Shown: positions 1 through 8,800 of the stretch, one piece after another | Layout of the letters: each line of letters starts with the position of its first letter | Numbering within the stretch: position 1 is the first letter of the stretch | Origin: Dehalococcoidia bacterium | Lineage (GTDB): Bacteria; Chloroflexota; Dehalococcoidia; Lucifugimonadales; Australimonadaceae | DNA length: 64,000 bases | Assembly (NCBI GenBank): GCA_965116015.1 | Contig: OZ220477.1 | Location: 2,020,339 to 2,084,338, forward strand | Direction: 5' to 3' | The notes under the pieces: generated by a model | What the model saw: only the letters and a program-made list of their open reading frames with translations | Databases searched by the model: none | Told to the model about the DNA's origin: nothing | Made by a program: the position numbers and the translations under genes

Positions 1-7
1 AACAATG

Positions 8-901
8 CTACTCTCCCTGCTGGATGCGCCGGTTTGCGATCTCAGCCATCTGCTCGTCAATCTCGAACCCGACGAACTCCCTGCCTTCTGCGAGGGCGGC
101 AACGCCAGATGTGCCGCAGCCAGCGAATGGGTCGAGCGTCAAGCTGCCTGAAACGCTGAATATGCGAATAAGGTGACGGCACAAATCCACGGGCTTCGTC
201 GTCATATGCTGGTGCCGCTCCCTCGGTTTCGGGACAGGCATCAGTGTGCCGGGGAACATATCAGGTTGAACGACAGGATTCGATACATCAATCAGACCTG
301 TCTCGTGCTCTAGCCAGTTCTCGATGAATGTTCCCGCCTTCGGAGCCTGCGCCAGCACGATAATCTCCATCTGCGGGCGTAGCTGGGGAGTCTTGCGACC
401 ACCTAGCTTACGGATGATCTCGGACTTCTCATCTTCAGACAGCGCCATCTTCCGTACGAAGTGCTCTTGGGAGAAAGCCTTCGCTTGCCCGCTGTACTGC
501 CAAGCAAGCATGTCCCGGATTTCGAACCCCGCCGACTCAATCGCCATAGCCGTCCGATGCGACAGCCTGGGCTGCGCGAAGCAGAGGAAGAATCCGCCCG
601 GCTTGAGCACACGCATCAGTTCCTCAGAGATGGGGGTCAGGAACTCCTGTAGCCGTACGCCCTGCTTGGGATCGAACTTCATCCCAACGGGGAGGCTGCC
701 TATCACCCCTGCGTTCTTCACCCTGCCCCAAAGCCGCTCGTGGTTCCACTCGTCGCCCATCCCGTCAATGAAGTACGGGGGATCGGTGATAACCAGAGAC
801 ACCGAGTTCTCAGGTAGCGAAAGCAGCCCCAACCGGCAATCCATCGCCTGTATGCGCTGACTCTGCTCAATCAGCGCGTCACGCCCCATCATCGTCGTCA
901 T
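8..901 (-). CDS. DNA methyltransferase, beta-class N4-C/N6-A type
   Basis: 297-aa ORF. Motif IV 'VITDPPYF' lies near the N-terminus and the AdoMet motif 'DPFAGCGTSGVAA' near the C-terminus. Confidence 0.8.
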   Translation of the reverse strand: MTTMMGRDALIEQSQRIQAMDCRLGLLSLPENSVSLVITDPPYFIDGMGDEWNHERLWGRVKNAGVIGSLPVGMKFDPKQGVRLQEFLTPISEELMRVLKPGGFFLCFAQPRLSHRTAMAIESAGFEIRDMLAWQYSGQAKAFSQEHFVRKMALSEDEKSEIIRKLGGRKTPQLRPQMEIIVLAQAPKAGTFIENWLEHETGLIDVSNPVVQPDMFPGTLMPVPKPRERHQHMTTKPVDLCRHLIRIFSVSGSLTLDPFAGCGTSGVAALAEGREFVGFEIDEQMAEIANRRIQQGE

Positions 902-1101
902 GACTTTCTCCTACGTTTCTTCTTGCCCCGAAGCAGTCGGTCAACGTCCTCCTTTGGTATCCGCACTACTCGCACTGGCAATGCCGCACGAGTTAGTTCG
1001 CCTCGCTTGAGCAGCCGTCGCACCGTAGGTTGCGACACCCTGAGAATCGCAGCCGCCTCTGCAACTGTCAACACCTTATTCGACTCTTCTGGTTCTCTCA
1101 T
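898..1101 (-). CDS. Excisionase/MerR-type helix-turn-helix DNA-binding protein
   Basis: 67 aa with 'LTVAEAAAILRVSQPTVRRLLKRGEL', a typical excisionase-family HTH. Overlaps the methylase start by 4 nt. Confidence 0.7.
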   Translation of the reverse strand: MREPEESNKVLTVAEAAAILRVSQPTVRRLLKRGELTRAALPVRVVRIPKEDVDRLLRGKKKRRRKS

Positions 1102-1245
1102 ATCCTCTACTATGCTCTGATGGTTCTTTGTAGTCTCTAGTATTCATAAATGCTCTAAAAGAGTCAATAGGTATCACATATGTCCTTGACTATTCTGCTG
1201 AGTCATGGTAGAGTGGGACGAAATGACCCAGCCCTAGAGGTGAAC

Positions 1246-2190
1246 ATGGCGCAATGCGGTCCAGGTCGGTATGAGCGAAAGGGAATCAGCCTGAAAGAAG
1301 CAGTGAAGCTTGCGGCAGACAACGCCGCAGCTGAGCAGTGGTTCGAGAGCGTTCGCTGGCCTGACGGCGTACGATGCCCACGCTGCGATGGAAGCAACAT
1401 CCTCGAACGCAAGAACCGCAAGCCGATGCCCTACAAATGCCGATCCTGCAACCGCAACTTCTCGGTCAAGGTGGGAACAGTGATGCAGGCGAGCAAGATC
1501 CGCTACGGCGACTGGTGGCTCGCCTGCTACCTGCACTCCACGAACCTCAAGGGCGTGTCCAGCATGAAGCTGTCGCGCGACCTCGGACTCACCCAGAAGC
1601 ACGCGTGGCACCTGCTCCACCGCATCCGCAAGGCTTGGGACGATGGCAGCACCCCGCGCTTCGACGGAGAGGTCGAAGCCGATGAGACCTACATCGGGGG
1701 CAAGGAGCGGAACAAGCACGAGTCGAAGAAGCTGCGCGAGGGGCGAGGCGCAGTCGGCAAGGTCGCAGTCGTCGGCGTGAAAGACCGCGATACCGGCATG
1801 GTCAAGGCAAAGGTCGTTCCGTCAACCGACGCCCGCACGCTACAAGGATTCGTCGAAGAAGCCACTGAGCCTGAAGCCACCGTCTACACCGACGAGGCGC
1901 GTGCGTATCAGGGGATCAACCGCCAACACGAGGCGGTCGCCCATAGCGCGAAGGAGTTCGTGTACGGGCATGCCCACACGAACGGGATCGAGAGCATGTG
2001 GTCGATGATGAAGCGCGGCTATATGGGCGTGTACCACCACTGGAGCGCCAAGCACTGCCAGCGGTATGTTGACGAGTACGCCGGACGGCATAACGCCCGC
2101 CCGCTCGACACCATCAAGATACTGGCGCGAATCGTAGTCGGGATGAATGGCAAACGCCTGACTTACCCCCAGCTCATCGGCACGGTATAA
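1246..2190 (+). CDS. IS1595-family DDE transposase
   Basis: N-terminal zinc ribbon 'CPRCDGSN...CRSCNRNF'. 'EADETYIGGKERNKH', 'VYTDEARAY' and 'NGIESMW' match the DDE_Tnp_IS1595 pattern. ATG at 1246 is preceded by AGAGGTG; the track ORF starts at 1180. Confidence 0.85.
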   Translation: MAQCGPGRYERKGISLKEAVKLAADNAAAEQWFESVRWPDGVRCPRCDGSNILERKNRKPMPYKCRSCNRNFSVKVGTVMQASKIRYGDWWLACYLHSTNLKGVSSMKLSRDLGLTQKHAWHLLHRIRKAWDDGSTPRFDGEVEADETYIGGKERNKHESKKLREGRGAVGKVAVVGVKDRDTGMVKAKVVPSTDARTLQGFVEEATEPEATVYTDEARAYQGINRQHEAVAHSAKEFVYGHAHTNGIESMWSMMKRGYMGVYHHWSAKHCQRYVDEYAGRHNARPLDTIKILARIVVGMNGKRLTYPQLIGTV

Positions 2191-2215
2191 TGGGGGCAGT
2201 ACGCAGAGTGAAGGA

Positions 2216-2419
2216 GTGATGAGAGTGAATTTCCTAGCGATATCGTGGGGCGTGATTCTCGTGGGCATATTCTTAGTGCTGGCATATGGGGTGTTCACTT
2301 TTCATAGTGTCGGAGTGCCTGCGGTTTTGACGCAACTGCTTGGTGCTTACCTCATGGTTCCTTTCCCGCCCGCTGCGGCTGTAGTCGCAGTAGAGACTCC
2401 TCGCAGGATTCGGATGTAA
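2216..2419 (+). CDS. Small hypothetical membrane protein (two hydrophobic helices)
   Basis: 67-aa ORF with two hydrophobic stretches. No recognisable motif. Confidence 0.3.
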   Translation: MMRVNFLAISWGVILVGIFLVLAYGVFTFHSVGVPAVLTQLLGAYLMVPFPPAAAVVAVETPRRIRM

Positions 2420-2431
2420 GGGAGAGCACTG

Positions 2432-3073
2432 ATGGCTAATCGATTTGCTGCGACATCCCCGGATTACCCGCTCAGCATAAGCAGACTCGAAACTCGCATC
2501 GGGTCAGATCCAGCCAAGAAGGGATGGTATGAGGTCTCCTCCAAGCACCAGCGAAGAGCTAATCAGTTCCTGAAAGCTACACGAGAGCTTGCGCAGAAGA
2601 GGATACTAACGGCTGGCGAGCGCATGCGCGTATCCAACAACGCGTGGGGAGCTCTGTCCCAAACCGTCAAGGCTATCGCGGCATTGCACGGATGGACTGT
2701 AGTGGGGCCTGAGTCAACAAAGAACTTTGTGAGAGAACTTGGGCGCCGAGCGAAAGACCCAAACATCAGTTCAATGATAGGCGGTATCTATGCGCTGCAC
2801 GAGAATTACTATGCGGATCACTCGCTTGAAGCGGAGGTGCGAGAGGCTCCCCACAATACCGCCGCATTGATAGACCGCCTTTGGGATGCTGCGCCAAGTC
2901 TCGAAAGCGGGAAGAAACCTGATGGCGCACGAGACATGCAGCAACGGCGGATTTTCAAGGAGAATCACACGCCTCACCAGAGAGCGAGGGTTCGCAATGA
3001 CCTGCGAGCGAAGAGTAAGCAAGAGACAAGGCGAGCCATACCGAGTGTGTTCCGCTCCCCACGAGTGCGGTAA
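2432..3073 (+). CDS. Hypothetical protein, possibly PaREP1/HEPN-like; distant paralog of 11796-12434
   Basis: 'AWGALSQTVKAIAALHGW ... LHENYYAD' parallels 'VWGVAAHAVKKIAAERGW ... AHSNYYDD' in the other copy. Both are ~212 aa with basic tails. Confidence 0.5.
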   Translation: MANRFAATSPDYPLSISRLETRIGSDPAKKGWYEVSSKHQRRANQFLKATRELAQKRILTAGERMRVSNNAWGALSQTVKAIAALHGWTVVGPESTKNFVRELGRRAKDPNISSMIGGIYALHENYYADHSLEAEVREAPHNTAALIDRLWDAAPSLESGKKPDGARDMQQRRIFKENHTPHQRARVRNDLRAKSKQETRRAIPSVFRSPRVR

Positions 3074-3104
3074 TTGCCAGAGAGCGAAAGGACAAGTGAT
3101 GTAA

Positions 3105-3434
3105 ATGGCAACACTAGAAGAAAATCTGACGACAGCAGCTGATGCCGCAAAGAACTTGGGAGATTGGCTCGACGATAGAGAGGTATATATAACGAAGGAT
3201 GTTCATCGAGCTATAGCAATGCTGCATTCTAGCCTGGTAGATGCAATGAATAAAGTACAATCAGGAGAGATGGAACAGGCACTAGATATTATGCGACCCA
3301 CGGAAGTTCTAGCTGGTGTAATCGAGTACGTTGTAATGTACTCCCCCGACGAAAGAATGGGTGAAGAAGTAAAAGACTTCGCTACCAGAGCATTCCTAAC
3401 TGCAAGTACAGCCAGACATCAACTGGGGTGGTAG
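3105..3434 (+). CDS. Hypothetical protein
   Basis: 109-aa ORF in a visibly AT-richer stretch. No motif recognised. Confidence 0.4.
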   Translation: MATLEENLTTAADAAKNLGDWLDDREVYITKDVHRAIAMLHSSLVDAMNKVQSGEMEQALDIMRPTEVLAGVIEYVVMYSPDERMGEEVKDFATRAFLTASTARHQLGW

Positions 3435-3455
3435 TTTCGACATCTGCCGCTCAAC

Positions 3456-3480
3456 GCGTGTCATTTGGGATATAATCCCC
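3456..3480. repeat. Transposon terminal inverted repeat, copy A (right-end orientation)
   Basis: GCGTGTCATTTGGGATATAATCCCC is identical to 12510-12534 and is the reverse complement of 5062-5086. Confidence 0.9.
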
Positions 3481-3534
3481 AAATAAAGATACCAAATGAA
3501 TTGCAGGGCTGGGAAGATCTTTCCATAGAAGAAC

Positions 3535-4491
3535 GTGCCCCAGCTCTATCAGAGTGCCTCGCGGAATATGGGATTCCTGACACTGAGTGGAGGGGAGATA
3601 CTAGTCCCGATTGATGGACAGCATCGTGCAAAAGCGCTTGGTTTCGCCATGACCGGCACTAATAGCGACGGGAAATCCATCCCAGGCATAAAGGGCAACA
3701 CCGCGCTTGCCGAAGACTACGCGCCTGTTATACTGATGCGATTCAATGGCCCAGGGGTGCGTCGAATATTCAACAAGATCAATCGATACGCCAGAGCCAC
3801 ATCAAAAGGACAGAACATCATCACGGACGACGATGACTCTCTCGCTGTCCTCACACGAGAATTGCTTGGCGAAGATGGCCTTATCCCTGCCAGACTAGTG
3901 CGGATTGACGCAAACACGCTCACCGCAAAAGCTCCTGAATTCACGACGCTCGCCACGTTTTACGAAGCCAATATAGCTATAGTACTTGGACTTGGACTAG
4001 AGGGTCCAGGCAAACCGCAAGGCATGAATGACGGGAAGAGAGAAGTTGCCACAGAAGCCGCACGACGTATATGGGAAACTCTTCTCCAGCGCGTTGACCT
4101 CTTCTCCGCGGCTTTGGCGGACACCACGGAGCGGGGAGACGGCGCGCGCATCAGAATTCGCGAAGAAACACTGCTCGGCAAACCCATTGGGCAACTAGCT
4201 CTGGTCCGCGCCTTTATGGAGATGCGCGAACGCTGTGCTGGGATTCACGAGACAACCCTTTGCGACCGCCTTAACCGCATCGACTGGAGCATCGACGCCG
4301 ATCTCTGGAGGGGCGTACTCGTGGCCCCGAATGGTCGCGTCCTCGCTGGCAAGACCACCGTAAACAGGGCAGCTATATTCATTGCCCACCTCGGCGGCGT
4401 CCAGCTAACAGCTGGAGAGCGCGAGACGCTCCTCGAAGCAATCCACGGCGAAGACTGGCGTAGCCACCAGCTTCCCAATCCCGTGGCGTAA
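3535..4491 (+). CDS. DGQHR-domain (DndB-like) protein, probably 5'-truncated or degenerate
   Basis: 'ILVPIDGQHRAKALGF' occurs only ~27 residues from the ORF start. In-frame stops lie at 3484 and 3526. The transposon end is 55 nt upstream. Confidence 0.6.
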   Translation: MPQLYQSASRNMGFLTLSGGEILVPIDGQHRAKALGFAMTGTNSDGKSIPGIKGNTALAEDYAPVILMRFNGPGVRRIFNKINRYARATSKGQNIITDDDDSLAVLTRELLGEDGLIPARLVRIDANTLTAKAPEFTTLATFYEANIAIVLGLGLEGPGKPQGMNDGKREVATEAARRIWETLLQRVDLFSAALADTTERGDGARIRIREETLLGKPIGQLALVRAFMEMRERCAGIHETTLCDRLNRIDWSIDADLWRGVLVAPNGRVLAGKTTVNRAAIFIAHLGGVQLTAGERETLLEAIHGEDWRSHQLPNPVA

Positions 4492-4549
4492 TCCCCGCCC
4501 GTGCTATCATTCTCCTAACCCGCTAACCCTTCCCTGAGAAACCCGCCGC

Positions 4550-5062
4550 ATGGTCCTCCCTCCTCCAAGTGGCTCTCCCTCCGCCGCGGCTTACTTATAC
4601 CGCTGCATTGCGTTAACCAGCCTTGCACTCGTCGCGCTTGCTCTAACGCTCGCTGCCTGCGCGCAGCTGACTCCCACGCCAACCCCCGCTCCTACCTCTA
4701 CCCTCACGCCCACGCTGCCCCCGACTCCTACGCTCTGGTGGAATTCGCTCCAAATTTCCACGCCCGAGTCGACTCCCGCGCCAACACCAACTCACACCAC
4801 CGCGCCGACTCCCACGCTTGCGGCAACCCCCACACCCGCGCCAACCGCTACGCCTACGCCGGTGCCGGACTTACCCCCTTCGCAAGCAGCCTTCACCTTT
4901 GACTTGAAAGAACTGGTGACTGCTTACGAACAAAACAAAGTGCTTGCCAATACGCGTTTGCGTTTCCTTGAAAATGGCTTGCAGCCTGTCACTACTAGTG
5001 GTTTCGTCGCGGACATCGAACAATTTTACTTCGAGCTTCATCCTGAAGAAGGCATGTTTTAG
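4550..5062 (+). pseudogene. 5' fragment of a lipoprotein/trypsin-like serine protease gene split by transposon insertion
   Basis: Signal peptide with lipobox 'LTLAAC', a Thr/Pro-rich linker, then the first half of an OB-fold-like domain. The ORF ends in a TAG created at the transposon junction. Confidence 0.8.
5054..5061. repeat. 8-bp target-site duplication ATGTTTTA (left)
   Basis: Identical direct copy at 12535-12542, immediately outside the opposite terminal repeat. Confidence 0.85.
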
Positions 5063-5088
5063 GGGATTATATCCCAAATGACACGCAG
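5062..5088. repeat. Left terminal inverted repeat
   Basis: GGGGATTATATCCCAAATGACACGCAG is the exact reverse complement of 12508-12534. Confidence 0.9.
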
Positions 5089-5119
5089 CCTGAGCGATGC
5101 GCACGCTCCTGCGTCCGGG

Positions 5120-5797
5120 CTAGGGGTTGCTGGCTACAGCGTATTGGTTGTAGCCGAGGCCGCGAACGTGCGGCTCCCGGTGGAGCAGATTGCGCAGGCG
5201 CCCTAGCTCCGCTGCGTCCCAGCCCATCGCTTCCGCGACCGCCTCGTCCCACAGACGCCGCACCTCGCATTCCCCGTCGCGGAACTGCGGGACGATCGTC
5301 TCCCGCGTACGCTCCCAGCAGTCCGCAAGAACTTGGCGGATGCGGTCATCCTTGATGTCAGGAACCCTCAGATTGCCCGCCTCCGTCGTGCTGTAGATGG
5401 GGAAATTGATTTTCCTTCCAGGGTGTCGCATCAGCTGAAGGCGGCCTGCTGTTGAGTTGATGAATACGGCGAGCGCTTTCGCTTCGGTGGGCGATAACCC
5501 GCTTACCGGCATCCATCCGTTGCCGACATAGCACTCGTCGCTCGCGACTGCGGTCAGGCGTGCGGTTCCCGTGTCTTGCCCAGCCGTCATTAGCAGGTAT
5601 CCGGCCTTTAGCAGGATATTATCGACTTCGGGGTAGGAGCCGCCGCTGGCTCGCCGGATGGTCTCGTTGCGGTTCTTGGGGATCCAGTGCTGGTCGGGTT
5701 GGCTCTGTATCCTCGTTTGTCCATCAGCGCTTTTGGACTTCAAAATCGGGAAACTGCTGGAATCGTGGGCGGTTGCCCGTTTAAAAGAACCGCGCAA
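5120..5797 (-). CDS. Target-recognition-domain-like module, in frame with the upstream Type ISP ORF
   Basis: 225 aa with 'AKALAVFINSTAGRLQLM', the xLNS-type motif seen in methylase specificity domains. Same reading frame as 5816-10075, separated by TAG plus 6 codons. Confidence 0.55.
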   Translation of the reverse strand: MRGSFKRATAHDSSSFPILKSKSADGQTRIQSQPDQHWIPKNRNETIRRASGGSYPEVDNILLKAGYLLMTAGQDTGTARLTAVASDECYVGNGWMPVSGLSPTEAKALAVFINSTAGRLQLMRHPGRKINFPIYSTTEAGNLRVPDIKDDRIRQVLADCWERTRETIVPQFRDGECEVRRLWDEAVAEAMGWDAAELGRLRNLLHREPHVRGLGYNQYAVASNP

Positions 5798-5839
5798 AAG
5801 GCGGCCTGTCTCATCCTAATGAGACAGGCCGCCTTTTGC
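5794..5839 (-). other. Perfect 20-bp-stem hairpin with the Type ISP stop codon in its 6-nt loop
   Basis: Arm 5794-5813 pairs perfectly with 5820-5839. The TAG (5816-5818) lies in the loop. On the minus strand the hairpin is followed by CGCGGTTCTTTTAAA. Confidence 0.85.
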
Positions 5840-8800
5840 CATAGGCTGCAAACCTGCATCGTTGGCGAATCCAAAAGCGGCTTCAGCTAGCTCAGGAGAG
5901 CGCCAGACTGCTGGAGTCCAATCACCATCCTCGATGCGCTCCGCTGGCCACTCAGAGACCTCGCCCCAGCCATGCTCTAGGAGACCGCCTTCGCAGCGTG
6001 TAAGGCAATCGTGCAAGTCCGCTGCTTCATTATTGTCGGATGGCCACCTGTCGAGTTGAATGAATCGAGTGGGGGCCTGATGCTCGCCGCGCCTCTTGGC
6101 AACGATGATGCTCTCGTTAATCTTGACGTGCTGGCTGAGATTGATCTGTCCGGGCAAGTGGCAAGTGAGAACGTCGCTAATGTGGTAGCGCTGGGCTAGC
6201 GTACGCCGTGTAACCGATGCAGACGTTGCTGTCATGGCAATGGTTGGGTGGACCATCGCGAGAACGCTGTGCGATGAGTCCAAGCACTTATCCGCCAGAG
6301 CCACGAACAAGGGCGCTATCGAGTTTTTATCAGCGAAATCTCCCATATCCCTGTCGTTACGGACGAGAGTTTCCTCCATGGTGTCGGCTCGCGACCGCAA
6401 TGCCTGCTGCATTTCTCTAGGGAACTTTTCGCCCATCTTGGCGCGATTAGTGAACGGCGGATTCATAATGACAATGCGGGCGTCTTTGGCGGCGTCCACG
6501 GCGTCTTCCAGTTCGACATCGTCGCGGGGGTCCCACACCTGCTTCGACTTGATGGCCTCGTCCGGCAAGTCCAATTCGCCGACTCTGGGGAGAAGCTCCC
6601 TTTGGCCTAGCAGCTCCAGCGTGCCGGTGAACACCCTTGCGGAGTCATGCGGGGACGGCCCGTAGGGCATCAGGCGCAGCCCCATCCGCCGGTAGCGAAT
6701 CTCGTGGTTGCCCGCCGTCAGCTGCGACGCCGCCAATTGCAGCGACACAGGGTTGATGTCGAGTCCCTTGATAGTGTCCTCGACGGCGAGCTTCTGCAAC
6801 GCGGCTAGCTTCTCCTCGCTGGCGCCCTGCGCTCTGGCGCGGCGCTTCATCTCGGCGAGCATAGCCGCCAGCAGCGTTCCGCTGCCGCAAGCCAGGTCGA
6901 CAATCTTGTGCGCCTTCCAGACTTCAGGGTCGCTCCAGTCCACGTCGCCGCAGGCGTCGAGGGTAAGGCTTGCGGCGATGAACGCCGCCGTTGGCCGCGT
7001 GAAGAACGCCCCGTCGCTCGCCTGATTCCCCATCACGCGGTTGAAGAGCGGCCCTGCGTGGTCAGCGCCCATATCAGCGTAGGTTTCGGCGATGCGCTCC
7101 GCCTCCGCCGCGATGTGCCACAGCGCCCGCTCCAGCCCCGCCAGCTTTCCCGTGTCCTCGGCAGCCTGAATGGCCTTGATCGCAGGATCTAGCACTGCCT
7201 TGAAGTCGCGGCTCATAATCTCGTTCCATTCCCGAAGGAGCCGCCGGACGACGTTGACATCGTTCTTGACGCTCTCCAGGGGGCTTACGCCGGAGATCCA
7301 GCGTCCGCTGGCGATGCGCTGGTGGAGCATTGCGGCGTTCATCATCAGCAGCGCGGCGATAGTGCAGCCGTCGGCCTGCTTGTTGCGGCTCTCCGTCTTC
7401 AGGTTGTCGAGTTGGAAGTGGGCGTCCAGTGCGTTCGACAGGCGGTCTTCGCGCAGATGCCGCGCCGCCTCCCCGACGCCCGCTTCGAGGATGTTCAGAT
7501 CGCGCATCACCCGATTCGTGCGCAACCCCGACTTGGAGAGCAAGTTCACGATGATGGCGTCAGTGAGGTTTGGTGAGGGTGCGGGAACTGATGAGCAGTG
7601 TTGCTTCTCCGCTCCGGCGAGTAAATCGAGTAAGCGCTGAGCGTTGCTCTCTGCGACATCCTCGGTAGTACGCTTGACGCGAGGCGGCAAGCGTATGCCG
7701 GCGTCTTCGTTGATCATTTTCTTGGCTTTGTCGATAGTCTTCTCGATGTTCAACTGTCCCGGTGCGCCGTCCGGTCCGGGATTGTCGCGACCGACGCTGT
7801 CAATGCGCGTCTCGACTTCTCCGCCGTCGTTCACCTTCGCGGTGATGATGGCCGTCGGAATCAGCGGCGTGTCTTCGGAGCCGTAGTCGGTTTCTGGATC
7901 TTCGGTTTCCCGCGCATAATCGTCAAGAGGCGTGAGAGTGCCGGGATAAGTCTGCTGCCCCTTCGCGATGGCCTCGGCGGTTTCTTGCGCTTCCCCTGGC
8001 TTGCCAGCGTGCACCCAAGTCTGGATTTTCGTTTCCGGAGTCGCAGTAGCGACGACGGTGGCTTCCTCTTCCGGTTCGGGAGGCAGGTACACCTTCATCA
8101 AGTGCCTTATCTCGTCTTCAATGCGGCTGTCGTGAGCGCGCAGCGCCCGCAGGATCTGCCCTAGCTCCTGCCATCCGTCTTGCGGCCCGCTGGCGGCCAA
8201 CCACTGCTCGGCTTCCGCATTTGGGGGAAAGACGATAGGGCAGATGATGTACCCCATCTCCTTGCCTTGCGCGCTGCGCATAACGCGCCCCACGGCCTGT
8301 ATGACGTCGATGGGACTCTTGCGCGGCTCCAGGAACGCCACCGCGCTGAGGGACGGCGCGTCCGTGCCCTCCCCAAAGATGCCAACGTTGACGATGCCGT
8401 GCGGGTTCTCCCTGTCAGCGTTCGCCAGCCTACTCTTGGCGTTCTCCCGAGCGGCGACGTTGCTGGTCGCGTCCAAGTGCTCCAGCGTGTACTGCGCTGC
8501 GGCGGGCGCTCGCGGAGTTGCCTCTAGCCGTCCCCTCAGCCACTCCCTTACCTTGTCGGTCTGGAGGTGCCTCGCCATATTCTTCGATTTCTCGACGGTG
8601 TTCATAAAGGCGATGCAAGACTTGATGGACACGCTGTCGACCTCGTTGCTCTGCGTGGCTCCGCCCATTGCCAGCGTGAAAGCCAGCCCGCGGAGAAAGT
8701 GCGTGGTCGTGAGCGACTGCCGCCCCTCGTTCGTGGCGTCCGAAGCCAGCGCGTTTGCCGCTTCGTACGCTTCGAGGTCGTTTACTCCGAGGGCGATGAT

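Larger units (their letters stand above)
882..2217. repeat. Copy 1 of a duplicated 1.3-kb HTH + transposase module (partner 10457-11777)
   Basis: Near-identical direct repeat read by eye. The transposases differ at 4 of 314 residues. Similarity starts inside the first ~20 nt of the methylase gene. Confidence 0.85.
1..3480. mobile_element. Right-hand part of an IS1595-family passenger transposon (left end lies outside the window)
   Basis: Terminal repeat copy at 3456-3480 has the same sequence and orientation as the right end of the complete element at 12508-12534. Its interior (to the left) has the same HTH + IS1595 transposase module. Confidence 0.6.

Noticed and set aside
1100-2230. Inner inverted repeats that would define a minimal 1.1-kb IS around the transposase
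   Set aside because: Only a weak 10/15 match (CCTTGACTATTCTGC vs CCTTCACTCTGCGTA) was found. No copy of the GGGGATTAT end lies next to the transposase, so the functional ends appear to be the outer 27-bp repeats.
3461-3476. TATAAT inside the terminal repeat acting as an outward promoter
   Set aside because: The nearest -35-like hexamer (TGTCAT) lies only a few nt upstream of the TATAAT, far short of the 16-18-nt spacing a standard sigma-70 promoter needs. The sequence is better explained as transposase-binding terminal repeat sequence.
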